From Eledone cirrhosa (Eukaryota): DNA of 64,000 bases. Made by a program: the position numbers and the translations under genes. The notes beneath the pieces were generated by a model that was not told the DNA's origin, ran no database searches, and saw only the letters and a program-made list of their open reading frames with translations. Positions 1 to 16,077 of this stretch are shown here, piece by piece. Location of the stretch: NCBI GenBank assembly GCA_964016885.1, contig OZ024740.1, forward strand, positions 145,142,001 through 145,206,000, in the 5' to 3' direction. Numbering within the stretch: the stretch's first letter is position 1; each line of letters opens with the position of its first letter.

Positions 1-2
1 TT

Positions 3-1493
3 GCTAAGGATAACTCTGACCTTACAAACGATGAAATTAAGATTATATTAGAAGCTAGGAAAACTATAGTCAAATTTGAGAACAGTTATTGGGTACGTAA
101 AGATAGACCCTCTAACTTTGACATAAACAATGGGCTCTAACGATTCGGCGGAAATAACTGATATTGTGGGGTTATTTATCGCCTTTAGACTCCAGGAAAA
201 ATTCAGCAATCTCCACGGCGGAATATACCGCGACGATGTTCTCCTCCTAGCTAAAAACCTTAATAACCAAAAACTAGAAAAACTACGCAAAGATATAAGA
301 AAACTACTACTCGAAATAGGACTAACTATAACATATGAATACAACCTTAAAGTAGTTAACTTCCTGGATGTCACACTCAATTTAAACTCTGGTTTGATTA
401 AACCGTTTCATAAATTGAATGAAAATCTCAAATACGTAAATGTTGGGTCTAACCACCCCATCTCTATAATTAAATCTATCCCTAAAAATATTTCCCTTAG
501 AATCTCGGGTCTATCTTCTAACATACAAGTATTTAAGGACACGCCGAGTACTACGATAACGCCCTTAGTAAAGCAGGCTACCTCAACAAAATAGAGTACA
601 TAGATGGGAACAATCAAAACACCCAAAATAAATCCCACATAGGTAGATATAATAACACAACACCAAACCACACTTACTACCATAGTATGCACACCAGTAA
701 ACCAACAAACAAAACTAATAGAAAGCGATGCAAAGAGTACTTATGGTATAACCCCGAATACAATAGTTCCATTAGTACAAATTTACCAGTACTCTTCTTT
801 AAAATAATTAAAAGACATTTTCCTACATCACACAAATACCACAAAATCCTAAACCCTACCACTATAAGACTGTCATACTCTACAGCGTTAAACCTTGAAC
901 AACACATAAAAAAGATCAATACTAGAAGGTTAAACGAAAACACTAAAAACTTAAGTACAAAGAACACAAAAAAAACAGTAGACAATACACTACAGAACAT
1001 AAATAAACCACACCTAAGTTCGTCCGCAATACTACTCCAGAGAAAACCCAACGTACACAACTGTAACTGCACCTATCCTGACAACTGCCCCCTCGGCAAT
1101 AACTGCCTGGAAAAAAATATTATTTATAAGTGTACCATTAAATCCGGAGGCAACGAGTGGTATTACGTGGGATCAACGGCAACATCGTTTAAATCTCGAT
1201 TGTATAGGCATTCTTACTCAATAAAACACCAGAGCCAAAGAAATGTAACAACTTTAGCAGAAAAAGCTTGGACGCTCAGGGATAGCGATCAAAAGTTTAC
1301 CCTAAAATGGGAGAAATTAGCTAAAACCCAAAGCTTTTCCAGGAGCCAAAATTTCTGCAAATTGTGTAATCTTGAGATTTATTACATAATCACACACAAG
1401 AAGAAACTGCTGAATAACAGAATTGAACGAACATTATTCTGCCGTCACAGAACTAAAACCCTTTTTTCCCACTACAAGCCAAATATTACATAA
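3..1493 (+). pseudogene. Penelope-like RT + GIY-YIG endonuclease ORF with +1 (~126) and -1 (~540) frameshifts
   Basis: Frame 3 reads AKDNSDLT..YWVRKDRPSNFDI; an extra A in gacataaacaatg moves the RT to frame 1 (130-~540); a missing base at ggac|acgcc returns it to frame 3 (HAEYYDNALSKAGY..), open to TAA at 1491-1493. Confidence 0.85.
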
Positions 1494-1762
1494 AAGAGGG
1501 ACATCCCCCAACTATATAAACCTTAATCTAGTTAGAAAAATATAAAAACAATCTCTTCTCAACATATATTAATAACCTTAAATTACCACACTAATAATGG
1601 AAAGATATGCTGATGAGAATAGGTGCAAATATGCGATAATGAATGTGTCTAAAAACGTCCATAAGTATGTATATATATGTGAAAATGTATATAAATAAGT
1701 AAATATATATATATGTTTGATGTGTATAGTTAGATGTAAGTGTATTCATGTATTAAAGTGCT

Positions 1763-1814
<52 letters not shown>

Positions 1815-2371
1815 ATATGTGTATATAGATGTGTATGTATGTGTATGTGTGTACACATGGACTAGAGTATGTATGTATATATGTGTGTGTCTATACGTGT
1901 GTATATAAAGATAAGTTGAGTAGGAAAATGTATACACATGAGCGCGTATGTATGTACATGAATACATGTGTGTATATATATGTGTATGCATGTGTATATA
2001 TATGTAAGTATGAATATGTGAATTGTGAGTATATGTATTTTGTAGAGGTGTGCAAATATATTTGTGTGTGAATGCGTGGGTGAAAGGATACGTACACTTG
2101 AAAGAAAAATTTAAGTCTGAATGTTAATTAAGTGCAAACACAAAACCAACCACGCATATCTTTACTATCTCTAATCCTTCTAATAGATTTAGAAAAATAA
2201 CCAATAATATATTCTATAAAAAATGTCAAAACAACAGATGGGAATCTAATTACTCACTGCCACCAAGAATTCTCACTGCTATCGAAAAACCACTCCTTCA
2301 ACTATTCTTCTAACAACTTCACCCCTCCCTCCTAATATTCTCTATAAAAACTAAATAGCTCCTCAGTAATA

Positions 2372-2491
2372 TTATTCTGATGAAATGACAGTAAATAATA
2401 ACATTGAAATATTGAATGTCTGCATAACTAAAAGTTTGTAGATAGTAGCTGTTTTAGGTTATGTAACTGTTATAGAAACACGTGTCAATAA
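2372..2491 (+). ncRNA. Type I hammerhead ribozyme with long stem/loop II in the PLE 3' tail
   Basis: UUAUU-CUGAUGA(2377)-a-AUGACAGU..ACUGUUAU-a-GAAA(2475)-CACGUG-UC|AAUAA. Stem I UUAUU/AAUAA, palindromic stem III ACACGUGU, predicted cut after C2486. A-A opposition at the base of stem II may impair activity. Confidence 0.75.
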
Positions 2492-2528
2492 ATTCCTTTC
2501 AACTAAACTGTATCCATTCAAATCTTTC

Positions 2529-2590
<62 letters not shown>

Positions 2591-2602
2591 TGTATATATA
2601 TG

Positions 2603-2635
<33 letters not shown>

Positions 2636-2650
2636 GTATATATATGTATG

Positions 2651-2685
<35 letters not shown>

Positions 2686-2798
2686 GTATGTATATATATA
2701 TATATGTATGTATATATATATATATATGTATGTATATATATATATATATGTATGTATATATATATATATATGTATGTATATATATATATATATGTATG

Positions 2799-2865
<67 letters not shown>

Positions 2866-3242
2866 ATATATATATATGTATGTATATATATATATATGTA
2901 TGTATATATATATATATGTATGTATATATATATATATGTATGTATATATATATATATGTATGTATATATATATATATGTATGTATATATATATATATGTA
3001 TGTATATATATATATATGTATGTATATATATATATATGTATGTATATATATATACATATGTATGTATGTATATATATATATATGTATGTATATATATATA
3101 TATGTATGTATATATATATATATATATATGTATGTATATATATATATATGTATGTATATATATATATATGTATGTATGTATATATATATATATATATGTA
3201 TGTATATATATATATATGTATGTATATATATATATATGTATG

Positions 3243-3328
<86 letters not shown>

Positions 3329-3368
3329 TGTATATATATGTATATATATATATGTATATATATATATG

Positions 3369-3451
<83 letters not shown>

Positions 3452-3470
3452 GTATGTATATATATGTGTG

Positions 3471-3527
<57 letters not shown>

Positions 3528-3560
3528 GTATATATATATATATATGTATATATATGTATG

Positions 3561-3591
<31 letters not shown>

Positions 3592-3678
3592 GTATAAATA
3601 TATATATATGTATATATATATATATAATATATATATGTATATATATGTATAAATATATATATGTATATATATGTATAA

Positions 3679-3710
<32 letters not shown>

Positions 3711-3729
3711 GTATATATATGTATATATA
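2529..3729. repeat. (TA)n/(TATG)n microsatellite array, ~1.2 kb
   Basis: Direct inspection. Confidence 0.97.
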
Positions 3730-3923
3730 TCATCATCATCATCATCAACGTTTAACGTCCGTGTTCCACGCTTGCATGGGTTTGGACGGGGGTATTCCCA
3801 CTTGAGGCAAGAGTGATTGTCTTGCTCGCATAGGACTGTCTGGCAGGTTTTCTACAGTTGGATGCCCTTCCTAACACCAACCACATTTACAGTGTGGGTC
3901 TGGGAGGTTTTTACCGTGTTGCC
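3729..3923 (-). mobile_element. SINE with RTE-type (GAT)n tail; related copies at ~5046-5150(+), 31570-31760, 38295-38550, 42795-42955(+), 45880-46150, 57560-57790, 58760-58970, 60772-61050
   Basis: Recurrent catcatcatc..tttaacgtcc..ccatgcttgcatggg..ctggatgcccttcctaacaccaaccac blocks; tail resembles the end of the RTE fragment at 56215-56760. Confidence 0.75.
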
Positions 3924-4165
3924 TATATGTATATATATGTATATATATGTATATATATATATATGTATATATATGTATATATTTATGTATATATATATAT
4001 ATATATATATATTTATGTATATATATATATTTATGTATATATATATGTATATATATGTATATATATGTATATATTTATGTATATATATATATTTATGTAT
4101 ATATATATATTTATGTATATATATATATTTATGTATATATATATATGTATGTATATATATGTATA

Positions 4166-4264
<99 letters not shown>

Positions 4265-4270
4265 ATCTAT

Positions 4271-4880
4271 GTCAGGTCACCAGTTGGTGCTACTGGTAAC
4301 ATGTATCCCAGTACAACCTGTCTCATGGTCGGGTCGTTGGCGACTAAACTGGCAACCCCACCAAGGTTTCTTGGTGAGGAGGGTGACTTTGGACATCCTG
4401 CAGGACTAAAAACAAAACCTGTCAAAGGTCAAAGGAGCTCTTAAGAGTCAATGGCCATCCAAAATCACCGGGAGAGATGACCCCTTAGCCTTAGTCAAGG
4501 TAGAATTCTAGGAGAAGGAAAACTCTGATATAACACCTGCAACCCTGATGATATCCAATGATGTTGACTTGTTCTTCTTTTTGGTAAATATCATCTTGGT
4601 TAAGAGAGTGGGACTGGCTTTGTGCAGTGCCTTTGCTCACTATAAAAGCTTCACGGCACAGGCATTGCTTTATATCTGGAGATCTCTCTGCATTTGTCGT
4701 CACATGGTACCATGGGCCCAGCACTATGTGTCAATAATTGTCACAAGTGTAGTGTTTGTACCAGAGTTTTGAAGTCGCTGGTTAGACTAAAAAGTCACAC
4801 TCGTTCAGCGTATCGGTAGGGGTTCTCCTACATGGATATAAAGTAGTGGCCGTACTCGAAAACGAGTTGGCAGCCACCAT
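4271..4880 (+). mobile_element. Non-autonomous bipartite RTE-type element (5' UTR-like part joined to the ORF end and 3' UTR), inserted in (TA)n
   Basis: The 3' part encodes [23 protein letters not shown], like the RTE C-terminal zinc-finger remnant; ggagaaggaaaactctgat in the 5' part; second copy at 6033-6490; TA runs on both sides. Confidence 0.65.
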
Positions 4881-4943
4881 ATATGTATATATATGTATAT
4901 ATTTATGTATATATATATATTTATGTATATATATATATGTATG

Positions 4944-4974
<31 letters not shown>

Positions 4975-4991
4975 ATATGTATGTATGTATG

Positions 4992-5025
<34 letters not shown>

Positions 5026-6032
5026 TGTATGTATATATATATGTATGAGCGAGACACGGTCACCTGACCAACCTTGCCTCAAGTGGGACAACTCCCATCT
5101 CACCCATGCTAGCATGAAAGATGGACGTTAAACGAAGATGATGAGGATGATATGTATATATATATATATATATACATAAATGTATATATGTTTCTCTCTC
5201 TATATATATATATATACACACATACATGTATATATGTCTATATGTATATATATATACATATATATATGTATATATATATAGATGTATATATGTGTATATA
5301 TATATATACATTAAATGCTGATGATATATATGTGTATATAACAGGCTGTTTGCTTTCAAACGAACCAAATATTAATAATATTATTATTATTTACTCGCGA
5401 ATACATCTAGGTATCCACCATGTTAGAGCGAAAACAAATTTTGTATATATATATATATGTGTGTGTGTGTATTAAATATGTAGATATATACTTGCCAGGT
5501 GGTGCTATTAAGTTGGACATGGCCTGGGCCAATACAGGCCAAAACCTATCAAACTTATATATATTTATATATATATATGCATATATGAATGTATGTATAT
5601 GCATATATGAACGTATGTATATGCATATATGAATGTATGTATATGCATATATGAATGTATGTATATGCATATATGAATATATGTATATGCATATATGAAT
5701 GTATGCATATGCATATATGAATGTATATGCATATATGAATGTATGCATATGCATATATGAATGTATATGCATATATGAATGTATGCATATGCATATAAAT
5801 GTATATATGTAACTGCATATATAAATATATATATGTTTGTTTTCCATGTAGGCGTAGGCTGAACAAGTTGTCACAGTCTGAGGTTAAGCAGGTCTGATGA
5901 CCACTTCTTGCTCATATATTCCATTTTAGCGTGATTTCTATGACTGGATTCCGTTCCTAAAACCAGCACTAGGGAAGATGTCATATCTTTAACACAACTG
6001 AAGTGTTTTATATATATGTGTGTATGTATATA

Positions 6033-6490
6033 TATAGTGAGAAAAGGCACTGCACAAAGCCAGTCCCACTCTCTTAACCAAGATGATATTTACCAAAAAG
6101 AAGAACAAGTCAACATCATTGGATACCATCAGGGTTGCAGGTGTTATATCAGAGTTTTCCTTCTCCTAGAATTCTGCCTTGGCAAAGGCTAAGGGGTTAT
6201 CTCTCTCGGTGATTTTGGATGGCCATTGACTCTTAAGAGCTCCTTTGCCCTATAAAAGTTTCACGGCACAGGCATTGCTTTATATCTGGAGATCTCTCTG
6301 CACTTGTCGTCACATGGTACCAAGGGCCCAGCACTATGTGTCAATAATTGTCACAAGTGTAGTGTTTGTACCAGAGTTTTTAATTCGCTGTCTGGACTAA
6401 AAAGTCACACTCGTTCAGCGCATCAGTAGGGGTTCTCCTACATGGGTATAAGGTATTGGCCGTACTCGAAAACGAGTTGGCAGCCACCAT
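6033..6490 (+). mobile_element. Second copy of the 4271-4880 element, 5'-truncated and 5'-inverted
   Basis: 6033-~6250 is the reverse complement of ~4423-4644; 6251-6490 is colinear with 4641-4880. Confidence 0.9.
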
Positions 6491-6681
6491 GTATATATAT
6501 ATACCTGTGTGTGTATAAAACTTCCAGAATAGAATAATTAATTAATTATTCCACTACAATAAAGGTTTGTACTGAAAAACAAGTTTCTATTGTTCAATGT
6601 TCTATTTTTATCAGTATTTCTGATATATGGTGCTTCAAACTGACTCTGAATCTAAAAGTGTATATATATATATATATATAG

Positions 6682-6714
<33 letters not shown>

Positions 6715-8286
6715 TATAACCGATTTTCTATTTTCTTTTTCTTGCCTGAAGCAACTATAGATAGAAATTCAAACTCTTTATGCATTTATTTCATTCATGT
6801 CCATAAAACTATCTCTGAAAAGTTATGAAAAAAGTTATGAAAAAGTAACAGCTCTTTCTTTTTTTCTGTCTGGTGTTTCTCCACCCAATTCATCTCATCA
6901 TAAATGGCATTAATTACAACTCCTCCTCCCTCACACACTCCAAACTAGTAAATACAAAAGGTTGGTAGTTGTGTTTGTTATATGTTTGTGTAACCTCTGT
7001 TTTGCATTTTTGTCTCCTGTGTTTTACTGTTTTTGTGTGTTTATATATCATTATTTCTGTTGATTTTTTCTTTACAACCATTTTTCTTTATTTGTTTTCT
7101 ATGTATTTTTTTTTTGTATATGTTGTTTTCCTATTGATGTGTGTTCTCTGTGGTAACACTTGTATCGTGTTGTGTTCCAGTACAGCCTGCTGTGTTATAA
7201 TGAACCAGCCTCCATGCATGACGACACACCAGCTATATTTTCAAGTGAAGCGTGACCATGTTGCTGTTGTAATCACCCAAGTATGTCCCAAAACTTGGGC
7301 ATTTCCTCTGTGTCATTTCCAACCAATTTGTAGCCATGGAATTGTCCCTTCTCTTTCTCCTAGTAAAGCTCTTTTATTGCTCTTATGCTTGTTTCTTCCA
7401 CACAATTCACAACCCACCTAATGTGCACCCTTCTTTTTAACTAATGACTGATGCTACTGAACTATATATTTTTTCTAAGTCTCTTATGTCATCTTCATAT
7501 CAATATGAACTGATTGATGCTGAATGTTCAGTAATCTATCTCTTATATTGACTGGTTGATACTTTGGTTTCTATTTTGTTTTATGAAAAGAGAAAAAAGC
7601 TACGATGATGGTAACAAATAAAATTTATTGTTAGTACAATAAAGTAGTAACACATTTTAAGAAAATTGAAAAATAAAATATATAGATAGATCAATGGAAA
7701 ATTCCGAGAATGTCTTTCAAATGGAATTTGTGAAACTAAATGCAATTAGTTCCAAAGTTTGATACATTTTATTTAACTGGAAGATATAATTAGCCTACAA
7801 CTATGTCCATAAACATGTTCTCTCCTACATACAGGAGTTTCTTAGAATGATTGTTCGACTGAGAAATGACGGGTGGGAGGTGAAGGAAGGATTAGTTGTT
7901 AGATATATAGTTGTTAGATATATGATGATGATGATGATGATATATCCAAAAGTGAGGAAAAGAAAATCAAAAGATGTGGATGTTAAAAGTTTTTAAATAA
8001 TCACTTTATGATGACAATTATCTTGAAATATTTCAATAGTGTATCATATTATGCTGTAATTATTCTACATAGAATTTGAATTGATCCTAAGTAGTTTTCA
8101 TCAGAACATCAATCCATTGTATTACATCCTGGTAATTTTAAAACACACTGAAAACAGTGTTTTAATATTATATATATATATGTATGTATGTATGTATGAG
8201 TATGTATATATGTATGTATATATATATGTATGTATGTATGTATATATATATGTATGTATGTATATATATGTATATATATATGTATG

Positions 8287-8351
<65 letters not shown>

Positions 8352-8570
8352 GTATATATATATATATGTATGTATGTATATATATATGTATGTATGTATA
8401 TATATATATATGTATGTATATATATATATATGTATGTATGTATATATATATGTATGTATGTATATATATATGTATGTATGTATATATATATGTATGTATG
8501 TATATATATATGTATGTATGTATGTATATATATATATATATGTATGTATGTATATATATATATATGTATG

Positions 8571-8601
<31 letters not shown>

Positions 8602-8908
8602 ATATATATATATATGTATGTATATATATATATATATATGTATGTATATATATATATATATGTATGTATATATATATATATATATGTATGTATATATATA
8701 TATGTATGTATATATATATATATATGTATGTATGTATATATATATATGTATGTATATATATATATGTATGTATATATATATATATATGTATGTATGTATA
8801 TATATATATATATGTATGTATGTATATATATATATATGTGTATATATATATGTATGTATATATATATGTATGTATATATATATGTATATATATATGTATA
8901 TATATATG

Positions 8909-8953
<45 letters not shown>

Positions 8954-9072
8954 GTATATATATATGTATATATATGTATATGTATATATATATGTATATA
9001 TATGTATATGTATATATATATGTATATATATATATATATATATGTATGTATATATGTATGTATATATATATG

Positions 9073-9103
<31 letters not shown>

Positions 9104-9297
9104 GTATATATATATGTATGTATATATGTATGTATATATATATGTATGTATATATATATGTATGTATATATATATGTATGTATATATATATGTATGTATA
9201 TATATATGTATATATATATGTATGTATATATATATGTATGTATATATATATGTATATATATATATGTATGTATATATATATGTATATATATATATGT

Positions 9298-9337
<40 letters not shown>

Positions 9338-9345
9338 GTATATAT

Positions 9346-9414
<69 letters not shown>

Positions 9415-9437
9415 TATATGTATGTATATATATGTAT

Positions 9438-9477
<40 letters not shown>

Positions 9478-10378
9478 GTATATATATATATATGTATGTA
9501 TATATATGTATATATATATATGTGTATATATATATATGTATGTATATATATGTATATATATATATGTATGTGTATATATATATATGTATGTATATATATG
9601 TATATATATATATGTATGTGTATATATATATATGTATGTGTATATATATATATGTATGTATATATATGTATATATATATATGTATGTATATATATATATA
9701 TGTATGTATATATATGTATATATATATATGTATGTATATATATATATATGTATGTATATATATATGTATGTATATATATATATATGTATGTATATATATA
9801 TGTATGTATATATATATGTATGTATATATATATGTATGTATATATATACGTATGTATATATATATGTATGTATATATATACGTATGTATATATATATATG
9901 TATGTATATATATACGTATGTATATATATATATGTATCTATATATATATATGTATGTATATATATATGTATGTATATATATATGTATGTATATATATATA
10001 TATGTATGTATGTATATATATATGTATGTATATATATATATATGTATGTATATATGTATGTATGTATATATATATGTATGTATATATATATATATGTATG
10101 TATATATGTATGTATGTATGTATATATATATATATGTATGTATATATGTATGTATGTATGTATGTATATATATATGTATGTATATATATATGTATGTATG
10201 TATATATATATGTATGTATATATATATGTATGTATATATGTATATATATATGTATGTATATATATATGTATGTATATATATATGTATGTATATATATATG
10301 TATGTATATATATATATGTATGTATATATATATGTATGTATATATATATATGTATATGTATATGTATATATATATATG

Positions 10379-10457
<79 letters not shown>

Positions 10458-10458
10458 G

Positions 10459-10505
<47 letters not shown>

Positions 10506-10506
10506 G

Positions 10507-10553
<47 letters not shown>

Positions 10554-10556
10554 GTG

Positions 10557-10589
<33 letters not shown>

Positions 10590-10640
10590 GTGTATATATA
10601 TATATATATGTATATATATGTTTCTATGTGTGTGTATATA

Positions 10641-10691
<51 letters not shown>

Positions 10692-10698
10692 GTTTCTA

Positions 10699-10756
<58 letters not shown>

Positions 10757-10799
10757 ACTTCAAAATATTAATAAATATAGACATTCATGTGATCAAATA

Positions 10800-10865
10800 T
10801 ATTTTATTATACATATTTCAGAGGTACTGAGCTATTTCATCAGTACGTCCTCATCAGATAAAATA
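10800..10865 (-). ncRNA. Type I hammerhead ribozyme in a 158-bp island (10753-10910), probable solo PLE pseudo-LTR fragment
   Basis: Minus strand: UAUUUUAU-CUGAUGA-ggacGUACUGA-ugaaauagc-UCAGUAC-cucu-GAAA-U-AUGU-A-UA|AUAAAAUA. Perfect 8-bp stem I, 7-bp stem II helix, minimal stem III. Confidence 0.8.
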
Positions 10866-10930
10866 AATTGATATCTGACATACCTCAACTGTGTTGATGG
10901 TTCAATTCCATATATACATATATGTATATA

Positions 10931-10975
<45 letters not shown>

Positions 10976-11254
10976 CTATGTATGCATGTATATATATATA
11001 TGTATATACATATATGTATGTATATATCCATGTATATGTATATATGTATGTATACATATATATGTATATGTATGTATGTATATATATATATGTATATACA
11101 TATATGTATGTATATATCCATGTATATGTATATATGTATGTATACATATATATGTATATGTATGTGTATATATATATATATATATGTATGTATATGTATA
11201 TATGTATATATATATGTATGTATATATATATATATGTATGTATATATATATATG

Positions 11255-11315
<61 letters not shown>

Positions 11316-11454
11316 GTATGTATATAGATATATGTATGTATATATATATATGTATGTATATATATATGTATGTATATATGTATGTATATATGTATGTATA
11401 TATGTATGTATATATATATGTATGTATATATGTATGTATATATGTATGTATATG

Positions 11455-11485
<31 letters not shown>

Positions 11486-11534
11486 GTATCTGTATGTATG
11501 TATGTATGTATGTATATATATATGTATGTATATG

Positions 11535-11566
<32 letters not shown>

Positions 11567-11660
11567 TATATATATGTATGTATATATATATATATATGTA
11601 TGTATATATATATATATATGTATGTATATATGTATATATGTATATATATATATGTGTATG

Positions 11661-11710
<50 letters not shown>

Positions 11711-11974
11711 TATACATATACACACACATATATATATACATACATACATATATATATACATACATACATATATATATACATACATACATACATATATACA
11801 TACATACATACATACATATATACATACATACATATATATATACATACATATATATATACATACATACATATATATACATATATACATATACATACACATA
11901 TATATATATACATATATATGTGTATGTATATGTATATATGTATATGTATGTATGTATGTATATATATATGTATG

Positions 11975-12008
<34 letters not shown>

Positions 12009-12096
12009 TATATATATATATATATGTGTGTATATGTATATATGTGTGTGTATATATATATATGTATATATATGTGTGTATGTATATATGTATATG

Positions 12097-12128
<32 letters not shown>

Positions 12129-12192
12129 TATTTGTATGTATATATATATATATGTGTATATATATATGTATATATATATATATATATATTTG

Positions 12193-12227
<35 letters not shown>

Positions 12228-12230
12228 ATG

Positions 12231-12262
<32 letters not shown>

Positions 12263-12442
12263 TGTGTATATATGTATATATATATGTATATATGTATATA
12301 TGTATATATATATGTATATATGTATATATATATGTATATATATACGTATATATGTATGTATATATGTATATATATATATATATATGTATATATATGTATA
12401 TATATGTATATGTATATATATATGTATATATGTATATATATG

Positions 12443-12519
<77 letters not shown>

Positions 12520-12540
12520 GTATATGTATTTATATATATG

Positions 12541-12571
<31 letters not shown>

Positions 12572-12983
12572 GTATATGTAAGTATGCATGTATACGTACA
12601 TACATATATGTATACAGACGTACAGTAGCATGCACATATATATATATATATATACATGTATATATACATATGCATACAGGTACACATACATATATGCACG
12701 TATCAGTTTAGCGGCGCTAACGTCGTAAGTAAGTGCCATACTAAGAGTGAGAAATGAAATTTCGTTTTCATTTTGTTTCAATATATGTATATGTATTTAT
12801 ATATATGTATATGTATATATGTATATATATATTTATGTATATATATATATATGTATGTATATGTATATATGTATACATGTATGTATATTTATATGTATGT
12901 ATATGTATATATATTTATATGTATGTATATATATGTATATATATATATATGTATGTATATATATGTATATATATATGTATATA

Positions 12984-13022
<39 letters not shown>

Positions 13023-13093
13023 ATATATATGTATGTATATATATATGTATGTATATATATATGTATATAAATATATATGTGTATATAAATATG

Positions 13094-13166
<73 letters not shown>

Positions 13167-13245
13167 GTATATATATATGTATGTATGTATATGTATATAA
13201 ATATATATGTGTATATAAATATATATGTGTATATAAATATATATG

Positions 13246-13320
<75 letters not shown>

Positions 13321-13645
13321 GTATATGTATATATATGTATATATATGTATATGTATGTATATGTATATATATATATATATATATACGTATGTATATGTCT
13401 CTATATATATATATATTTATATATGTGTATGTATGTATGTATATATATATATAAGTATATATATGTATATATGTATATATGTATATGTATATATGTATAT
13501 ATCTATATATATGTATATATGTATATGTATATATGTATATATATATATGTATATATATATATGTATATATATATATGTATATATATATATATGTATATAT
13601 ATATATGTATATATATGTATATATATATATATGTATATATATATG

Positions 13646-13678
<33 letters not shown>

Positions 13679-13717
13679 GTATATATATGTATATATATAT
13701 ATATGTATATATATATG

Positions 13718-13750
<33 letters not shown>

Positions 13751-14085
13751 GTATATATATATGTATATATATATATGTATATATATGTATATATATACGT
13801 ATATATATATGTATATATATATATGTATGTATATGTATATATGTATATGTATATGTATATATGTATATGTATATATATATATATGTATATGTATATATGT
13901 ATCTATATATATGTATATGTATATGTATATATATGTATATGTGTATATGTGTATATGTATATATATATATGTACATATATATATATATGTATATATGTAT
14001 ATGTATATATATATATATGTATATATATATGTATATATATGTTTGTATATGTATATATATATGTTTGTATATGTATATATCTATA

Positions 14086-14322
<237 letters not shown>

Positions 14323-14335
14323 GTATATATATATG

Positions 14336-14480
<145 letters not shown>

Positions 14481-14593
14481 ATATATATGTATATATGTAT
14501 ATATGTATATATATATGTATATATATATATGTATATATATATATGTATATATATATATGTATATATATGTATATATATGTATATGTATATATG

Positions 14594-14626
<33 letters not shown>

Positions 14627-14784
14627 GTATATATATATATGTATATATATATATATGTATATATATGTATATGTATATATGTATATGTATATATATGTAT
14701 ATATATATATATATGTATATGTATATATATGTATATATATATATATGTATATGTATATATATATATGTATATATATGTATATGT

Positions 14785-14816
<32 letters not shown>

Positions 14817-15021
14817 GTATGTATATATATATATGTATGTATATGTATATATATGTATATATATATATGTGTATGTATATATATGTGTATGTATATATAT
14901 GTGTATGTGTATATGTATATATATGTGTATGTATATATGTGTATGTATATATATGTGTATGTGTATATGTATATATATGTGTATGTATATATATATATAT
15001 GTATATGTATATATATATGTG

Positions 15022-15074
<53 letters not shown>

Positions 15075-15095
15075 GTATATATATGTATATGTATA

Positions 15096-15164
<69 letters not shown>

Positions 15165-15217
15165 GTATATATATATATATGTATATATATGTATATATAT
15201 ATATATGTATATATATG

Positions 15218-15268
<51 letters not shown>

Positions 15269-15297
15269 GTATGTATATATATATATATGTATGTATG

Positions 15298-15362
<65 letters not shown>

Positions 15363-15423
15363 GTATATATATATATGTATATATATATGTATATATATAT
15401 AGATATGTATATATATATATATG

Positions 15424-15454
<31 letters not shown>

Positions 15455-15477
15455 GTATATATGTATATATATATATG

Positions 15478-15508
<31 letters not shown>

Positions 15509-15531
15509 GTATATATGTATATATATATATG

Positions 15532-15874
<343 letters not shown>

Positions 15875-15877
15875 GTA

Positions 15878-15966
<89 letters not shown>

Positions 15967-15980
15967 GTATGTATATATAT

Positions 15981-16012
<32 letters not shown>

Positions 16013-16077
16013 GTATATGTATATATATATATGTATATATATATATATGTATATATGTATATATATATATATATATA

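Larger units (their letters stand above)
1..2528 (+). mobile_element. Penelope-like retroelement (Naiad-type), 5' part outside the window; ORF plus ~1 kb 3' tail/pseudo-LTR ending at a (TA)n array
   Basis: RT motifs FDI(T)MGS..SAE and GIYRDD; C-terminal GIY-YIG nuclease (IIY..YYVGST) preceded by CNC-x5-CPL-x3-C and followed by CKLC and CRH; hammerhead at 2372-2491; unique sequence stops at (TA)n at ~2529. Confidence 0.92.

Noticed and set aside
1060-1450. Selenocysteine recoding, reported for some Naiad PLEs
   Set aside because: All conserved Cys positions here are TGT/TGC; there is no in-frame TGA in the corrected ORF portion visible
1610-1670. CTGATGA in the PLE 3' UTR as a second hammerhead
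   Set aside because: No stem II closing onto a GAAA and no stem I pairing
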